Source: Mustelus asterias (Eukaryota). From it: 64,000 nucleotides of DNA. The stretch covers positions 83,452,001 through 83,516,000 of the forward strand of contig NC_135805.1 in the NCBI RefSeq assembly GCF_964213995.1. The letters run 5' to 3'. A program made the position numbers and the translations under genes. Under the pieces are notes generated by a model. That model was not told where the DNA came from, searched no databases, and saw only the letters and a list, made by a program, of their open reading frames with translations. This document shows positions 63,558-64,000 of this stretch, in pieces (within the stretch, counting starts at the first letter, position 1; every line of letters starts with the position of its first letter).

Positions 63558-64000
63558 GGGGCGATTCTCCCAAAAGTGCTGAATTGGCAGGAAAACTGTT
63601 CTAGACCCTGACTGTTTTGTCATTTCAACTTCTCACCCGAACCTCTGCACTCTGTGCACTGTAGAGGTCCCAGTCGTGAATATCATTAAAAACCCAGGAG
63701 GGCGGGGCCTATTCACGCCGGAGTCTGACAGTTCTGGAACTCTGTGCATGCGCAGTGGTCCCAATCTGTCAGTCTCCCCGTTTGCTGGGGACCCCTGCAG
63801 TGCTGCTCCTCCAACACCCCCCCCCCTACCCGGAGCACCCCAATGTCCAGCCCACACACCCCCAGCAGTGGCGATCACCCCAGCAGATCCCTCCCCGCTG
63901 ACCCCCATGAGGTCAGACCCCCCCCCCCCCCAACCGGGAGGCAGCCCCCCCCGGCAGACCACACCCCCCCACAGCCCGCCCCAATCGCAGCCCTCCCTCC
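63558..64000. mobile_element. Harbinger-type non-autonomous element (runs off the window)
   Basis: TIR-like start GGGGCGATTCTCCC; GC-rich body with C tracts. Confidence 0.5.

Overview
Repeat-dense eukaryotic DNA, very likely a shark (elasmobranch) genome. This is inferred from HE1-type tRNA-SINEs, CR1/HER1 LINEs and Deu-domain SINEs. It is mostly intronic or intergenic. It contains many 5'-truncated CR1 LINEs (one young copy keeps a 381-aa RT ORF), RTE and Rex1/L2-like LINE fragments, several SINE families, PIF/Harbinger relics (Myb-like plus DDE nuclease genes) with related MITEs, and solo LTRs. There are two families of Penelope-like element (PLE) termini, both carrying a minimal type-I hammerhead ribozyme motif. 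Three PLE insertions are fold-back (inverted) structures with target-site duplications and the same one-sided ~35-nt tail. One of them (41553-41955) holds, between its arms, copies of two nearby genomic segments, which points to local template switching during insertion. Tentative host exons suggest two convergent gene 3' ends meeting near 13.6-13.9 kb; neither gene could be identified. Family names come from recognition by eye and no database search was run. Repeat boundaries are approximate unless a TSD is quoted.
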